From: Octopus vulgaris
Lineage: Eukaryota
Assembly (NCBI GenBank): GCA_951406725.2
Contig: OX597819.1
Coordinates: forward strand, 78,058,001-78,122,000
Length of the DNA stretch: 64,000 bases
Reading direction: 5' to 3'
Part shown: one piece after another, positions 43,399 through 59,269 of the stretch
Position numbering within the stretch: the stretch's first letter is position 1
Layout of the letters: every line of letters starts with the position of its first letter
Notes under the pieces: model-generated
Seen by the model: the letters and a program-made list of their open reading frames with translations, nothing else
What the model was told of the DNA's origin: nothing
Databases searched by the model: none
Translations under genes and position numbers: made by a program

Positions 43399-43728
43399 AG
43401 GTACATGGCTCAGTGGTTAGAGCGTCGAGCTTACGATCGTGAGGTTGTGAGTTCGGTTCCCGGACCGGGCTGCGTGTTGTGTTCTTGAGCAAGACACTTT
43501 ATTTCATGTTGCTCAAGTCAACTCAGCTGTAGAAATGAGTTGCGACATCACTGGTGGCAACTGTATCGGCTTTTGCCTTTCCCTTGGATAACATCAGTGG
43601 TGTGAAGAGGGGAGGCTGGTATGCATGGGCGACTGCTGGCCTTTCATAAACAACCTTGCCCGGACTTGTACCTTGGAGGGTAACTTTCTAGGTGCAATCC
43701 TATGGTCATTCATGACCGAGGAGGTCTC
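43397..43728 (+). mobile_element. SINE family C, full length, within a (GT)n tract
   Basis: A-box TGGCTCAGTGG, B-box GTTCGGTTCC. Confidence 0.88.
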
Positions 43729-44047
43729 AATATGTGTGTGTGTGTGTGTTTTGGTTTAAAATGTGTATAAGTGGGTCTATTCTGTTTGGTTGTTACTTTT
43801 CAAATTCTGCAAGCTTTGTTCCAATTGATTTCGTTTGGTGTATTGATCTTGTTTTCTAAAGCAACTATTGACATGAAATTCCTTTTCGCCATGAATCAAT
43901 AAATAAAAAATTAATAGCTTTTAAAGTTTGCAAATGTTGGCTGATATTAGGCAGCCAAAAGCCACAGACATATAGGTGCCTACGCAAAAAATTATAGGTT
44001 CCAAATCTTGATTACTGTAGGAATAAGAATGATCAAACTTTAAGCCT

Positions 44048-44250
44048 TACTTACTTGTTTCAGTCATTTGACTGTGGCCATGCTGGAGCACCGCCTTTAG
44101 TCGAGCAAATCGACACCAGGACTTATTCTTTGTAAGCCTAGTACTTATTCTATCGGTCTCTTTTGCCGAACCGCTAAGTTACGGGGACGTAAACACACCA
44201 GCATCGGTTGTCAAGCGATTTTGAGGAGACAAACACAGACACACAAACAT

Positions 44251-44296
<46 letters not shown>

Positions 44297-44374
44297 CAAT
44301 AAATTAGAGATAAAACCACTAATATGCAAATCAAACAAAGAAAGACTTAAGCCAATACATAAAATATAATATTT

Positions 44375-44419
<45 letters not shown>

Positions 44420-44586
44420 TACGACGGGTTTCTTCCAGCTTCCGCCTACCAAATCCAATCACAAGTCTTTGGTCGACCCGAGGCTATAGTAGAAGACATT
44501 TGCCAAAGTTGCCACGCAGTGGGATTGGACCCGGAACCACGTGGTTTGTAAGCAAGCTACTTACCACAGAGCCACACCTACGCCTA
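44048..44586 (-). mobile_element. SINE family B with a ~85-bp insert in its internal (TA)n
   Basis: Colinear with 56267-56671 apart from the insert at 44295-44380. Confidence 0.88.
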
Positions 44587-44602
44587 AAAATCAAGCTCAC
44601 AA

Positions 44603-44654
44603 TGCATCGGCCGGGAAACGAACCTGGGCCGTCCGCGTGGCAGGCGAGCATTCT
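44603..44654 (-). pseudogene. 5'-truncated tRNA-Gly(GCC) gene
   Basis: Minus strand AGAATGCTCGCCTGCCACGCGGACGGCCCAGGTTCGTTTCCCGGCCGATGCA matches the 3' two-thirds of metazoan tRNA-Gly-GCC; no CCA; TTTTT about 12 nt downstream. Confidence 0.85.
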
Positions 44655-44841
44655 TTTTTTAATAAGTTTCTGTAAAAAGTGGATTATGTCGTGAGATTCA
44701 GCGGGAAAAATTACATCGATACACCAAATTTTAAAATCTTCATTAAACTTTATAATTTCCACAGGCGCAGCCAAACAGGAAAGATCCGTTTAAGTATTAA
44801 CATGTATATGTGTATAAAGTTTATACATCAGTTCGACAATT

Positions 44842-45774
<933 letters not shown>

Positions 45775-46326
45775 CCTTTTACCACTCGTTATTTTGTGTC
45801 TGGCAATTGCCTACAAAGAAAATACTATTTAATAGCAATTCAATAACTTTGCACTACACGATAACGAATCTAGATTATTCGAGTCTTTTGAAAAAACTAA
45901 ATTTAAATACCTTAAATTGATGCAGAGTGGACATCTGGATTCAGCATCGGTTAACTGGCTCCAAGTTCATTGCTTTTAGTCGGAGAACAGAGAATATAAC
46001 TTTAGCAGCTCCGACCTGGAGGAGATCTTCTAAGCCTGTACGTCATAATAATCTAATAAATATTTTGCCTGATTATTCCGACGTCCTTAAAAGACTAAAA
46101 GTGTTTATTTTTAACACGCTACGCATATTAATTTTATCGCATTGTTTTATATAATTATATTTCAACCCATCTCCGACCCAGTATTTATTCATATTGTACA
46201 CGCATATGTGTGTGCATGTGTGTGTGTGTGTGTATAGATACATATACATAAGAATGTGTATGTATGTATCTGTGTTTATACGTATTATTAATGCATATGT
46301 GTATATACATATACATACATATATAC

Positions 46327-46384
<58 letters not shown>

Positions 46385-46386
<2 letters not shown>

Positions 46387-48304
46387 GGTATCCTCTACTG
46401 TCCAAGACCTCATCTCGTCCTCCCGTCTCCCCCGCACCGCATCCAACCTAATTGTGCGAACCCCACGTACTCCCACCATTTACTTCCTCCCCAAAATCCA
46501 CAAACCCAACAACCCTGGCCGCCCCATCGTCTCCGCCTGTAACTGCCCCACGGAGCTCATCTCTAAATACCTCGACCGTGTCCTTGCTCCCCTAGTGGCA
46601 TCTCTTCCCTCCCACATCCACGATACCAACCATGCTCTCCGGCTTTTCAACTCTTTCTCCTTTCCTCCCGGCTCCTCCAAAATCCTTTTTACTATGGACA
46701 TCCAAAGCCTCTATACTGTTATCCCTCACCACGAAGGACTGCAGGCCCTTCGACACTTTCTTGACCTCCGCTCTAACCCTGTACCTGACACCTCCACACT
46801 CATTCGTCTGGCCGAACTTGTCCTTACTCTGAACTGCTTCTCGTTCGCGGGCGAGTTCTACCATCAGGTCTCGGGAGTAGCCATGGGAACGCGAATGGGC
46901 CCCAACTATGCGAACCTGTTCGTTGGCTATGTTGAGGCCCAAATATTCTCTAATTTCACTGGTCCCACTCCTGAACTATATGGTCGTTATATTGACGACA
47001 TTATCGGTGCCACCTCACTCTCCCGCGAACATCTAGATTCCTTCCTCTCTTTCGTCCAATCTTTCCATCCAGCCCTCCACTTCACTTCCACTATCTCCAA
47101 CACCTCTGTCTCCTTCCTCGACATTTCGGTTAGCATTCTTCACTCCACTCTTACCACCTCCATTCACTACAAACACACAGACTCACACTCATACCTCAAC
47201 TTCTCTTCCTCCCACCCAGAACACACCAAGCTTTCCATCCCCTATTCCCAATTCCTCCGTCTACGTAGGCTCTGTAGTGACGACCATAACTTTGAGACTC
47301 AGTTTCAACGTATGGCTCACCACTTCACCCTACGTGGATACCCCCTCACCACTATCCACACCGCCCTTGCCAGAGCACGGTCCGTGGACCGTGTATCTGC
47401 TCTCTCTCCCCGAACCCGCCCTGTAGTCTCCCGCCTCCCTTTTCCCCTCACTTACCACCCCACGACCCTACGTCTCCAAAGCACCATTCTTCGAGCTTTC
47501 CGTCATCTCCAGTCCGACCCGTCCACTTCACACCTCTTCACTAACCGACCCCTCCCCTCTTTCAAACGAGCCCACAACCTTCGAGACCTTTTGGTCCATA
47601 GCTCCTTCCCTGACCCTACCTCCCAACCCGGCTCGTTCCCCTGCTCCCGCCCACGTTGCCGCACTTGCCCTTACCTCTCCAACACCACCCGCCTCACTAG
47701 CACCCACCATCGACCCTATCCCATCATCCACTCCTTCACCTGCACCTCCAGCAATATTATCTATTGCATCTCTTGCTCTCTCTGCAATTCCTTGTACATC
47801 GGACAAACGGGACGCCGCTTGGCTGACCGGTTCGCGGAACACCTTCGTGACATCCACCTTGCGAACGACACACCGGTCTCACGCCATTTCCGCTCCACCT
47901 GTCACTCCTTGCAACACCTATCTGTGTTCGGTTTGTCCTTACACAGAGGCCATCCGGATTCCCGTTTGCGCCGTGAACAGGAATTAATCTTCTCTCTTCG
48001 CTCTTATACGCCATTGGGTCTCAACTCTCCCCCCTCCTCACCTATCCTTTCTCCCCCCGACCCCTACTTCTTCAGTCCTTCATCCTTTCACCCCTACTCC
48101 CCTTCCCTTCTTCCCTCTTTCTCCCTCCCTCTTCCCCTTCCCTCTGCTCCCCCACTCCCTCTCTCCCCCTCTCCCTCTTTCCTCCTTCATCCCCCTCCTC
48201 CCCTTCCTTCTCCCCCTCCTCTCCTCTTCCCCCTTCTCCTCCCCCTCGCCTTCTCTCCCCCCCTCTTCTCCCCCTCCCCCTCTTCTCCTCACTACACCAC
48301 ATGA
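46385..48304 (+). CDS. PLE reverse transcriptase + GIY-YIG endonuclease, N-terminally truncated, no ATG start
   Basis: Frame open from 46385: YFLPKIHKP..GRPIVS, TMDIQSLY, GVAMGTRMGP, RYIDDI, SFLDI; Cys linker CSRPRCRTC; NIIYCISC..LYIGQTGR..RFAEH; REQELI..PLGLN. The last ~90 codons are low-complexity run-on. Confidence 0.9.
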
Positions 48305-48329
48305 CTTTACACATCACATCACATATGAT

Positions 48330-48672
48330 GTGCCATACTAATACACACACCAACTAATACATACTAATACGTATTAATACATACTAGTACATACTAATAC
48401 TTACACCAACCCTATACATACACACGTCCAGACCCCGCATACGCACTTATACTCTCTCACACACACACACACACACACCTATACATACCAATACGTACTA
48501 ATACATACTAATACATACTAATACATACACCAACCCCATACATACGCACGTCCAGACCAATCTTACGCACTAATACTCTCTCATACACACACACACACAC
48601 ACACACCCTATACATACTAATACATACACCAACCCTATACATACACACATCCAGACCCCTCCCACGCACTTT
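48330..48672 (+). repeat. Composite minisatellite in PLE 3' region
   Basis: About three units of ACACCAACCC..ATACATAC.CAC.TCCAGACC...ACGCACT interleaved with ATACTAATAC and (CA)n. Confidence 0.75.
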
Positions 48673-48841
48673 TAGCTGGTCCCTCAACCCTTTTATCAAC
48701 CCTATTATCTCCCCTTATTTCGCTCTCACGTCTCATGTTTGATCTTTGACCTCTGGCCGAAATCAGATCGCCATGTTGATTCGTTAGCTACTGCACGCAT
48801 TTTTTTCTCTCCTTCTTTCTGTGTTTTTCTCTCTCTGTGTA

Positions 48842-48880
48842 TCTTTCTGTTGAAGAGCGTAGGCTCGAAACGTTAAGGAC
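48842..48880 (+). ncRNA. Minimal type-I hammerhead motif (variant core CUGUUGA) in PLE terminus
   Basis: TCTTT-[CTGTTGA]-A-GAGC-GTAG-GCTC-[GAAA]-CG-[TT]-AAGGA; stem I TCTTT/AAGGA pairs with one G-U. Confidence 0.65.
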
Positions 48881-48976
48881 TTGTTTTATTTATATTTCCT
48901 GAGCGCCATACTAATACAATTGTTCGTTTGTTTTCCACCTGCCTTCGTCTTTTGTTTATTTTCATAAAGCTTCCCG

Positions 48977-49044
<68 letters not shown>

Positions 49045-50047
49045 CTATGTATATGTGTCCGTGGCTACGAAATTTATAAATGCATATGTGTGCGTGTGTC
49101 TGTGTGTGTTGGAGGTGCATAGTTTAGTGGTTAGGAATTTAAACTCCTGATCGTAAGATTGTGGTTTCGATTCCTGGAGTGAGCGATATATCATACGTTA
49201 AATAACCCTGCGACGGATAAACGTTCCGTCCAGGAGGTGGGGTGGGGAATTTATACATCACAGAATCCGTGAAACTGGTTCTTATGAACAAATGGCTCGA
49301 AGGATCTTTGATACGCTTTGCTGTAATGAATACATACATACATACATACATACATACATACATACATACATACGTTTGTATGTATATTTATATATTCTTT
49401 TATTCTTTTACACGTTTCCGTCATTTGACTGCGACCATGCTGGACACCGCCTTAAAGGCTTTTGGTCAAAGAAATCGAACTCTGGACTTATTCTTTGTAA
49501 GTCTAGTACTTATTCTATTAGTCGTTTTTGCCGAATCATTTTTGCCGAACCCGGAACGCCACAACTGGAATACAACTTCCACAGAAATTGGTATACAAGT
49601 TGTTCAATCTTCGGAGGCGAGAAACTCCCCCAAAACAGCAATTCTCACAATTATTTTTAAAATTCACAAAAAGTGAACAAATTTTTAGGAGGTGCGATAC
49701 AACCCCAAGCAACAATTCTCAGAATTAAGTGAGAAAAAATATTCACTTAACGTCAACCATTTTTGCTCAACTGCAGGCAGAGCAGAGTTTAGAATCCTGT
49801 GAGGACTTCTTGCTTGTACAAAAATAATTACCGCAAACAACAAACTCCCCACTGGACCCAAAAAAACAAAAGTCTAACCTTATAGCTTGAGCTTCTTTTT
49901 ACACCAGCTGTACACAGCTTGGCTACTTCTTTCGGTGTTACGCACAACGCTGACAACCACGCATGTGCACACAGACAACAATACATGCGCAGTGGGAAGT
50001 AGGCTTCTGGGAAACAAGCTTCTTACTACACAGCTACGCCTGCGCTT

Positions 50048-50281
50048 ATACACGAGGGTGGGGGTGCTGAAAATTCCTCGCTTTCGGTAAAAGAAAATGT
50101 AAGAAAGATAGTCAGTTTAATTATGATTTTATTTAACATATCCCACTCTCAGATTCACACACTTACTGCGGTGGTCCTTCAATTTTTCTAAACCCTGTAA
50201 AAGAACTCAGAAGGTTGGGCTGCCAACCAGGCCTTTCGTGATACCCTTAAAACCAGGAACTTTTCAGTACCCTTTCGTATA
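50048..50281. mobile_element. Mariner-like MITE (~230 bp)
   Basis: Imperfect TIRs GGGTGCTGAAAATTCCT / AGGAACTTTTCAGTACCC, TA at both flanks. Confidence 0.65.
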
Positions 50282-50291
50282 TATATATATG

Positions 50292-50347
<56 letters not shown>

Positions 50348-50515
50348 ATATATATATATTCTTTTACTCTTTTCCTCGTTTATTTGTTTCAGTAATTTGA
50401 CTGTGGCCAAGCTGGTGCAACGCCTTTTAGTCGAACAAATCGACCCCCAAGACTTATATTTTGTAAGCCTAGTACTTATTCTATCGAGGCTCTTTTGCCC
50501 CGATAGAATAAGTTC

Positions 50516-51448
50516 TATATATATAGGGAGAATTCACAATAAAAAACAGACGAAGAGAAATGGTGTAGACAACAAACAGATGTATTAGTGTAACGTTCGC
50601 GATGTGAAAAAGTCTTTAACGTTTCGAGCCTACGCTCTTCAACAGAAAGGAACACAGAAACAAACAAGGAGAGAAAATAATGTGTAGTGACTAGCGATCT
50701 ATCATGGCGAATGCCGGGCAGAAAGGTCACACGGGAGAGCTAGGGAGAAAGGAAGAAAATAAGCAATGGTGATCCCAAAACGAAGGTGCGCCTGCGTTTG
50801 TATAAGAGAGTTTGTATGTGCGTGTGGAAGAGGGCTAGTGATCTTGACGTATGTGTGTGTGTATGTGTAAGTGTGAAAATGTGGGTCTGGGAAGTGGTCA
50901 GTGCTGATGTGTGCGTGGTGGTGTGTTGCGATGTGATGTGTTGTGTGATTTGGTGGTGTTAGATGTAGTGGTGTGTGGTGTGGTGTGATGATGTTGGGAG
51001 GTGGGGGAGGCGAGAGTGGGGAAAGCAAGAGTGGGGGGTCGGTTAGGCTGAGGCAGGGGGTAAAGGTGGGGTATGTGGGTAGAAGGAGGGTGGGGTAGAG
51101 GTGGAGTATGTGAGAGTGGGTGTAAGGGATGGGGAAGGATAGAGAAGGTAGGGGTAGAATGTGTTGAGGTAGGGTGGCTTACGAGGGATGGGTGACGATG
51201 AAGGGGGAAGGAGAAGGTAGGTAGGAGTGAAGAGAAGAGAGAAGGAGAGTAGGAGTGAAGAGAAGTTGGAGTCGGAGCAAGAGAGGAGAGGCGGGTAGGA
51301 GGAAGTAGGTGTGAGAGGGAGAGAGGCAGGGGGAGGAGATTAAATGAAGATGGGAGGAGAGTTGAGCCTATGTGGCGCAAAGGAGCGAAGAGAGAAGATT
51401 AATCCCTGTTCACGGCGCAAACGGGAGTCCGGATGGCCCCTGTGCAAG
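50516..51448 (-). mobile_element. Second copy of the Neptune-type PLE (ORF end, 3' region, terminus)
   Basis: 51360-51448 is the reverse complement of 47938-48025; hammerhead motif at 50612-50651; TA repeats at both ends. Confidence 0.88.
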
Positions 51449-51874
51449 ATATATATATAGCAAAAAAAATGTTTCGAGCACTTTATCATGGGTAAAAGCA
51501 AGGTTAAATACCTTTATCAAAATATGTTATCTGTTTCAATCGCTTAAAAAGACAATTTATTCATGTTGTAAATAAAAGAAAAAAATAAATTAGCATAAAT
51601 TAAATTAATCTGTCATGATATCTGTACCGGATTTCATATGTTTTACGTACAAAATTCACATAATGCTCGTGTTTCATTTCCTTCAGATTGTTACTTGGTT
51701 GAGGTGGTGGCAGGAGGAGGAGGAGAAGGAGGTACCACGTGATTTTTGCAAGTAACATATTCGAAGTTCTTGAACTGATATTGTGGAAATTTAACTTAAT
51801 TTTATTTATCTTTCTTTTATCTTTTCTTTCAGCTTGATTGTATCGAGTTTTAAGCCATTGAAACCAGTAGAATG

Positions 51875-52447
<573 letters not shown>

Positions 52448-52578
52448 TATTTTGATAAAAATGCAAAAACTTTCTTGCTTTTATCAATGATAAATTCTTA
52501 AAGCATTTTCTTCTTTGTTTTTTGATATAGATTTATTCTAAGGAAACCGTTTAATCTTTGCAATATATTATACATGCG

Positions 52579-53030
52579 AAGGCGACGAGTCTGGCCGGAT
52601 CGTTAGCATGCCGGACAAAATGCTTAGCGGCATTTCGTCTGTTTTTATTCTCTGAATTCAAATTCCGCTGAGGCCGACTTTGCCTTTCATCCTTTCGGGG
52701 TCGATGAATTAAGTACCACTGAAACACCAAGGTCGATGTAATCGATAGTCCCCACAATCAAAATATCAGACTTTGTGCCTATACTAGAAAGGATTATTAT
52801 TATTACTGCTATGTTTATTTTTAAGGTTGTGAGCTGGCAGAATCGTTAGCACACTGGACGAAATGCCGCTAAGCATTTCGTCTGTTTTTACGCTCTGAGT
52901 TCACATTGCACCGAGGCTGGCTTTGCCTTTCATCCCTTCGAAGTCGATAAAATAAGTACCAGCTGAATACTGAGGTCGATGTAATCGACTGTCAAAATTG
53001 TTGGCCGTGTACCAAAATTTGAAACCAATA
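52579..53030 (+). mobile_element. Two tandem family A SINEs
   Basis: 52579-52795 and 52824-53030. Confidence 0.82.
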
Positions 53031-54289
53031 TAATATAAAGGTGTATCTGTGTGTGTGTGTCTATGCCTATGTGTATGCATGTATACATACATTTATTGTG
53101 TATGTATATATATATAGACGCACGTATATAGTGAGGTGTATATCTCTGTGTGTATGCCACGTGAAGACAAAGAATGAGAGAGGGGGCAAAAAGAGAGATA
53201 TACAGGCATTTTTCTATGTGTATTTGCATGTATTAGATATGTGTATACATTTATTTATATACACTTATGTATGTATGTATGTATGTATGTATGTATGTAT
53301 GTATGTATGTATGTATGTATGTATGTATGCATGTACGTATGAAAATGTATGTATTAATTTGTTTCAGTCGAACTCTCCAACATAGTAAAGTTCTAAATTT
53401 ACAAAAACATGGCTTTGGCCTAACATGAAAAAAAGTCATGAATATTCAGTTATGGCGATTATAGCTGACCAGATGGCCGTAGCAAGAGCAGTCGATCAAT
53501 TTGTAACAACGTTGTTAAAATAAAATGTATTGACTCGTGCTATGCAGACGACACTGTTCTTATCAAAGTGAAACACTAGTTTTGCACACGGTCCCAGACC
53601 ATTAGCTTTCTACTTCAGTCATGCGCAGTGACTTGAAAGATTTATAATCATTTCTGATTTATATTATCATCAAATTCTTAATAATTTCTCAGTCGGTTTT
53701 ATCTCAAAATAACTCAACTTTACTGAAGGTAAACTTGTTATTCCCAGTAACTCTTAGTCATTATATATATATATATATTTCATCATATAATGTATTTCTG
53801 CAATTGTCGCCTACACTGAAGTCACTCGTGTCTATTGCTGAAAATGAATTGATATAAGATAAAATAATAGATTATCGGCTGAGCTTGCTGCTATTCTTCA
53901 TCTCTTAGTTAACTTTGATCCAGAGCAACTTCGCCACGAGACGTTCCATCCATGAACATCTCAACCTTCTTTCAAATGTAATGTGCCTTGTAATGTGTAC
54001 ATGTAATGTAATGTGTACATTCTTTCAAATGTAATGTGTCTAAGATTTTGTCCTAGGCAAAACATTAAACTGCATCGGTGTTGAAGCTCCAGCATGGGAG
54101 TTCAAGAATTTCTAGCAGTATAGAATTACTCCTAAGCCTCCATTATTCCTAGGTCTGCCCTGGCCTGGGGTTTGCATCTGTCAATGGATTCAGTTATAAG
54201 TCAAATAACAGAAGATGGGCCTGTCGCTAAGCTAAGGCATACGGGATTCGGAGACTCGACTGTCCACTAGCCCATTACAATGTGGATAA

Positions 54290-54605
54290 GGGCATGGCTT
54301 AGTCATTCGAGTTTTCAGTTCACGATCGTGAGGTCGTGAGTTCGATACCCAGTGACGAGTTGTGTTCTTGAGCAAGGCAAAGTTCACGTTGGTCTAGTCC
54401 ACTCAGCTGGCAAAAATTAGTAGTACCTGTATTTTAAAGGGCCAGCCTTATCACACTCTGCGTCACGCTGAATCTCCCTGAGAACCATGTTAAGTGTACA
54501 TAGGTCTGTGGAGTGCTCAGTCACTTACAAGTCAATTTCACGAGCAGGCTGTTGCGTTGATCGGATCAACTGGAAACCTCGTCGTCGTGACCAACGGAGT
54601 GTCAG
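54290..54605 (+). mobile_element. Family C-head SINE with alternative tail
   Basis: GGCATGGCTTAGT head, GTGTTCTTGAGCAAG block, tail shared with 34420-34520. Confidence 0.72.
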
Positions 54606-54828
54606 TTTTATATATAGACATGTCCTGATGTCACGTGAACCATTTCCTTTACCTAAGGGTTAAATAGGCCCAGTAATTTATGAATAAAGGAGACTAGCAA
54701 AGTAAGCTATAGATAAATTGACAGGAAACATCAGGAAATGGTTGCGGTATATTTACTAAGAAAACTTATGAATCTTCAAAAATTTGGCAGGAAAATCCAG
54801 GATCGCCGACACCGATAGACATGGCTCA

Positions 54829-54903
<75 letters not shown>

Positions 54904-55409
54904 GGGAGAGACAGACAGACAGGCAGGCAGACAGGCAGACAGACAGACAGAGACAAACTAAGAATGCATTATTCAAAATGTCTTTTTTTAAGACAGAAAG
55001 GTGTAATTTGAAGGCGATTCGACTGCTATTTCTAGCAGGTCAAGTTACCTGACAAATGTACCTTCGAATCTTGATGCAATATTGATTGCTATTGTCTGTC
55101 AGTATGTTTTCTTTTAATCAATACTAGCTGTGTCTCTGTAGACAGTTAAGGAGAGTCCTCTCTCACAGATAAAGTCTCAACAGAGAATTGAAATTAATTC
55201 ATTTACTACCCATAAATATATTGCATACACAAAGGACGTGTTTACATCTATTACATACACTAGTGGATAAAAAGTTTTAGGTAGTTTTATTCTGTAATAC
55301 AGTAAAATATTGAAATGTAATTGGTTCATAAGCAGTGTCTCCGTGGATAGTTAAAGAGGGTTTACTTAAGAAATCCCAATACAGGAGTGAAACTTGTCCC
55401 ACTAGCTCC

Positions 55410-55795
55410 GATTGACCAAGATGTTGGCAAAGAGGTTGGTACATGTCGTCGATGGTAAACGTTCGCCATCCCGAATAGATCTATCCACGACACCCTCCAC
55501 CTCTTGGAGCTACATTATAGAAAGCATGGATTAAAAACCTGGCCTGAATGGAACTTTGATGATTTTATATCAATCGAAAGCTTCCGATAAGGTCGACAAC
55601 AAATACTTGCCGGCTGTCCTCATAGCAGATGATTTTGGTCCCTTCTTCCACGGTTGGGTCGCTGAAATGTATAGCAACCATTCAGTATCATGCGCTCGGT
55701 CCGTCAAGGTTATCCCCCCCCCCCCCCTCATCTCTTCTGTATGTCCCGACATTTGAGCCACTACTGCGAAAACTAGAGACATTGAGGGCACCCAG
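55410..55795 (+). pseudogene. Decayed L1/Tx1-type RT fragment
   Basis: RSIHDTLHLL; YQSKASDKVDNKYL..FGPFFHGWV; SSLLYVPTFEPLLRKLE. Confidence 0.65.
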
Positions 55796-55844
55796 TACAA
55801 ATTGGTGTGCGGAAAATGGTGTCGACATATATAGCGCATACATA

Positions 55845-56005
55845 TATACGACGGGCTTCTTTCAGTTTCCGTCTACGAAAGCCACTCACAAGGCTTTGGT
55901 CGGCCGAGGCTATAGTAGAAGCCATGGTGCCACGCAGTGGGACTGAACCCGGAACAATGTGGTTGGTAAGCAAGCTACTTACCACACAGCCACTCCTGCG
56001 CCTAT
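55845..56005 (-). mobile_element. SINE family B, 5' half
   Basis: Reverse complement of 56267-56430. Confidence 0.85.
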
Positions 56006-56266
56006 AACTGGGCAAACTACGACACAGACTTCATGAAGACCATCATCACTGCCACTGATACAAGCGTTTGTTAGCTCTACTCGATGCATTCGGTCATTTT
56101 GCGTGAAAACGAAACTCCTACAAGCACACAAGACTCTGTACTCAAAGTGCAACAGCCGGGACTGACGAGGCCTACCGGCGCAGTAAGGGTGGCTTTTGCC
56201 CGCACGGCATTAGTTTTGGTGGGAAAAATATAATCGGATACTTTATAAAACACACTTTGTATATAT

Positions 56267-56671
56267 AGGCGCAGGAGTGGCTGTGTGGTAAGTAGCTTGC
56301 TTGCCAACCACATGGTTCCGGGTTCAGTCCCACTGCGTGGCACTTTGGGCAAATGTCTTCTACTATAGTCGGACCGACCAAAGCCTTGTGAGTGGACTTG
56401 GTAGACGGAAACTGTAAGAAGCCTGTCGTATATATGTATATGTATGTTTGTGTGTGTGTGTTTGTGTGTCTGTGTTTGTCCCCCATCATCGCTTGACAAC
56501 CGATGCTGGTGTGTTTACGTCCCCGTAACTTAGTGGTTCGGCAAAAGAGACCGATAGAATAAGTACTAGGCTTACAAAGAATAAGTCCTGGTGGTCGATT
56601 TGCTCGACTAAAGGCAGTGCTCCAGCATGACCGCAGTCAAAGGACTGAAACAAGTAAAAGAGTAAAAGAGT
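56267..56671 (+). mobile_element. SINE family B, full length, best-preserved copy
   Basis: AGGCGCAGGAGTGGCTGTGTGGTAAG head, B-box-like GGTTCAGTCC, internal (TA)/(TG)n, tail ending (GTAAAAGA)2. Confidence 0.9.
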
Positions 56672-56899
56672 ATATAGAAGAACGTCACATTATGGTCAGA
56701 ATGTTGCACTTATGATCGTAAGATTATAGTTTCGATTCCTGGACCGGACGATACAGACGTTCTTCAATTCCATTCTGGTGGCAAAAATGAGTAATCGATC
56801 CTGGAACTGACCGGCGTCTCGTCAACGTGGGAATATACACGTCACGAAATCTCGGGAAACCGGCTTTATGAGCCTGAAACGGGAAGGACCTTTGATCCT

Positions 56900-58170
<1,271 letters not shown>

Positions 58171-58609
58171 ATGATGGCTGCCCCCTCGTTATCGAGTATG
58201 GCCATTGCACGAAGCTTAACTGTTATTGGTGCTGTGATCGAATGTGACTTTTCAGCCCACCTAAAGATCTACAATATCTTGTACAGAATTGCCAACTAAA
58301 ACCTCTACCGGTAATAGCCGGCTGTAGTTGTAACTGGGATTCATGTACCTTTGCATGATGTCGTTTAAGTCCTCCTGCCGAATTACACTCTCTTCCACAT
58401 GCCCGACAGATATGATTAGTATAGTGTGTTACACTATCACCAGTGGCCAGGTTGTCACTCATCTGTCTCGTTTTATGACTACGAAGATGACTCTTGAGTC
58501 CAGCTTTACTGAGGCAGAGTCTTGCACAGACATTGCACGTCAGAATCAAAGGAAGACCCTTCTCATCTGGAAATGTAACAGCGATGCCCTTCCTGACATC
58601 CCTCCTTAC

Positions 58610-58612
<3 letters not shown>
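58171..58612 (-). mobile_element. 3' end of an RTE-like LINE with three C2H2-type fingers, within (ATAC)n
   Basis: CNVCARLCLSKAGLKSHLRSH; CRACGRECNSAGGLKRHHAKVH; WQFCTRYCRSLGGLKSHIRSQH*; short 3'UTR then (ATGT)n. Confidence 0.7.
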
Positions 58613-58665
<53 letters not shown>

Positions 58666-58667
58666 CA

Positions 58668-58698
<31 letters not shown>

Positions 58699-58769
58699 TT
58701 GTCTATAAATATTCCAAGTGTTCTATCTACCATAAAAAAGTGTGGGGGTAAAAAGATACAGCTCCTTCT

Positions 58770-58990
58770 CCCCTTCATATACTCATAGGGCCGGTTTCCT
58801 TGATTCTCTAGCGTGTATACCCCCCCTCCTCAGGATGGAACGCCAGTCCATCGCAGGATTACTCATTTTTGCTAGCTGACTGGACTGGAACAGCGTGAAA
58901 TGACGTGTCTCGCTCAACGCATCACTCAGTACAGGAATCGAAACTACAATTTTAGGATCATGAGTCCAACGCCCTAACCACTAAGCCACG
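58770..58990 (-). mobile_element. Family C-head SINE
   Basis: Reverse complement resembles 26377-26600. Confidence 0.75.
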
Positions 58991-59269
58991 ATCTATTTAT
59001 TAAATCATGGAATAAGAGGCAGAATATTCCGCAGACAATTGTATCTTCAACATAATCACCCGGCAGAATCAACACAAGACATCGTGTGATTTACAAGAAC
59101 AATTCATCTGATAAGCTTCCGCATAGTTTCCTCAAAAATCTATTCGATTTAATTCAGAAGCCGTGGGTTGATCCAAGGATATGGTAAAAAGTATTTACTT
59201 AAGGCGCTACGTCGTAGAATCGCACTCGTGTGATCATGGTTCCCGAAGCGGACTTCTTAACAACTAAGT

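Larger units (their letters stand above)
46385..48977 (+). mobile_element. Penelope-like element (Neptune-type), 5'-truncated, inserted in (TA)n
   Basis: (TA)n on both sides; RT-GIY-YIG ORF, pyrimidine/CA-rich 3' region, terminal segment 48770-48977 shared with solo copies. Confidence 0.92.

Noticed and set aside
48026-48304. Pro/Ser/Leu-rich C-terminal extension of the PLE ORF
   Set aside because: Run-on through a stop-poor polypyrimidine tract after the conserved PLGLN end; poorly conserved in the second copy.
56010-56263. Possible mariner end (also TIR-like starts at 35020 and 62812)
   Set aside because: Only one TIR-like end each and no transposase motif recognised; insufficient support.
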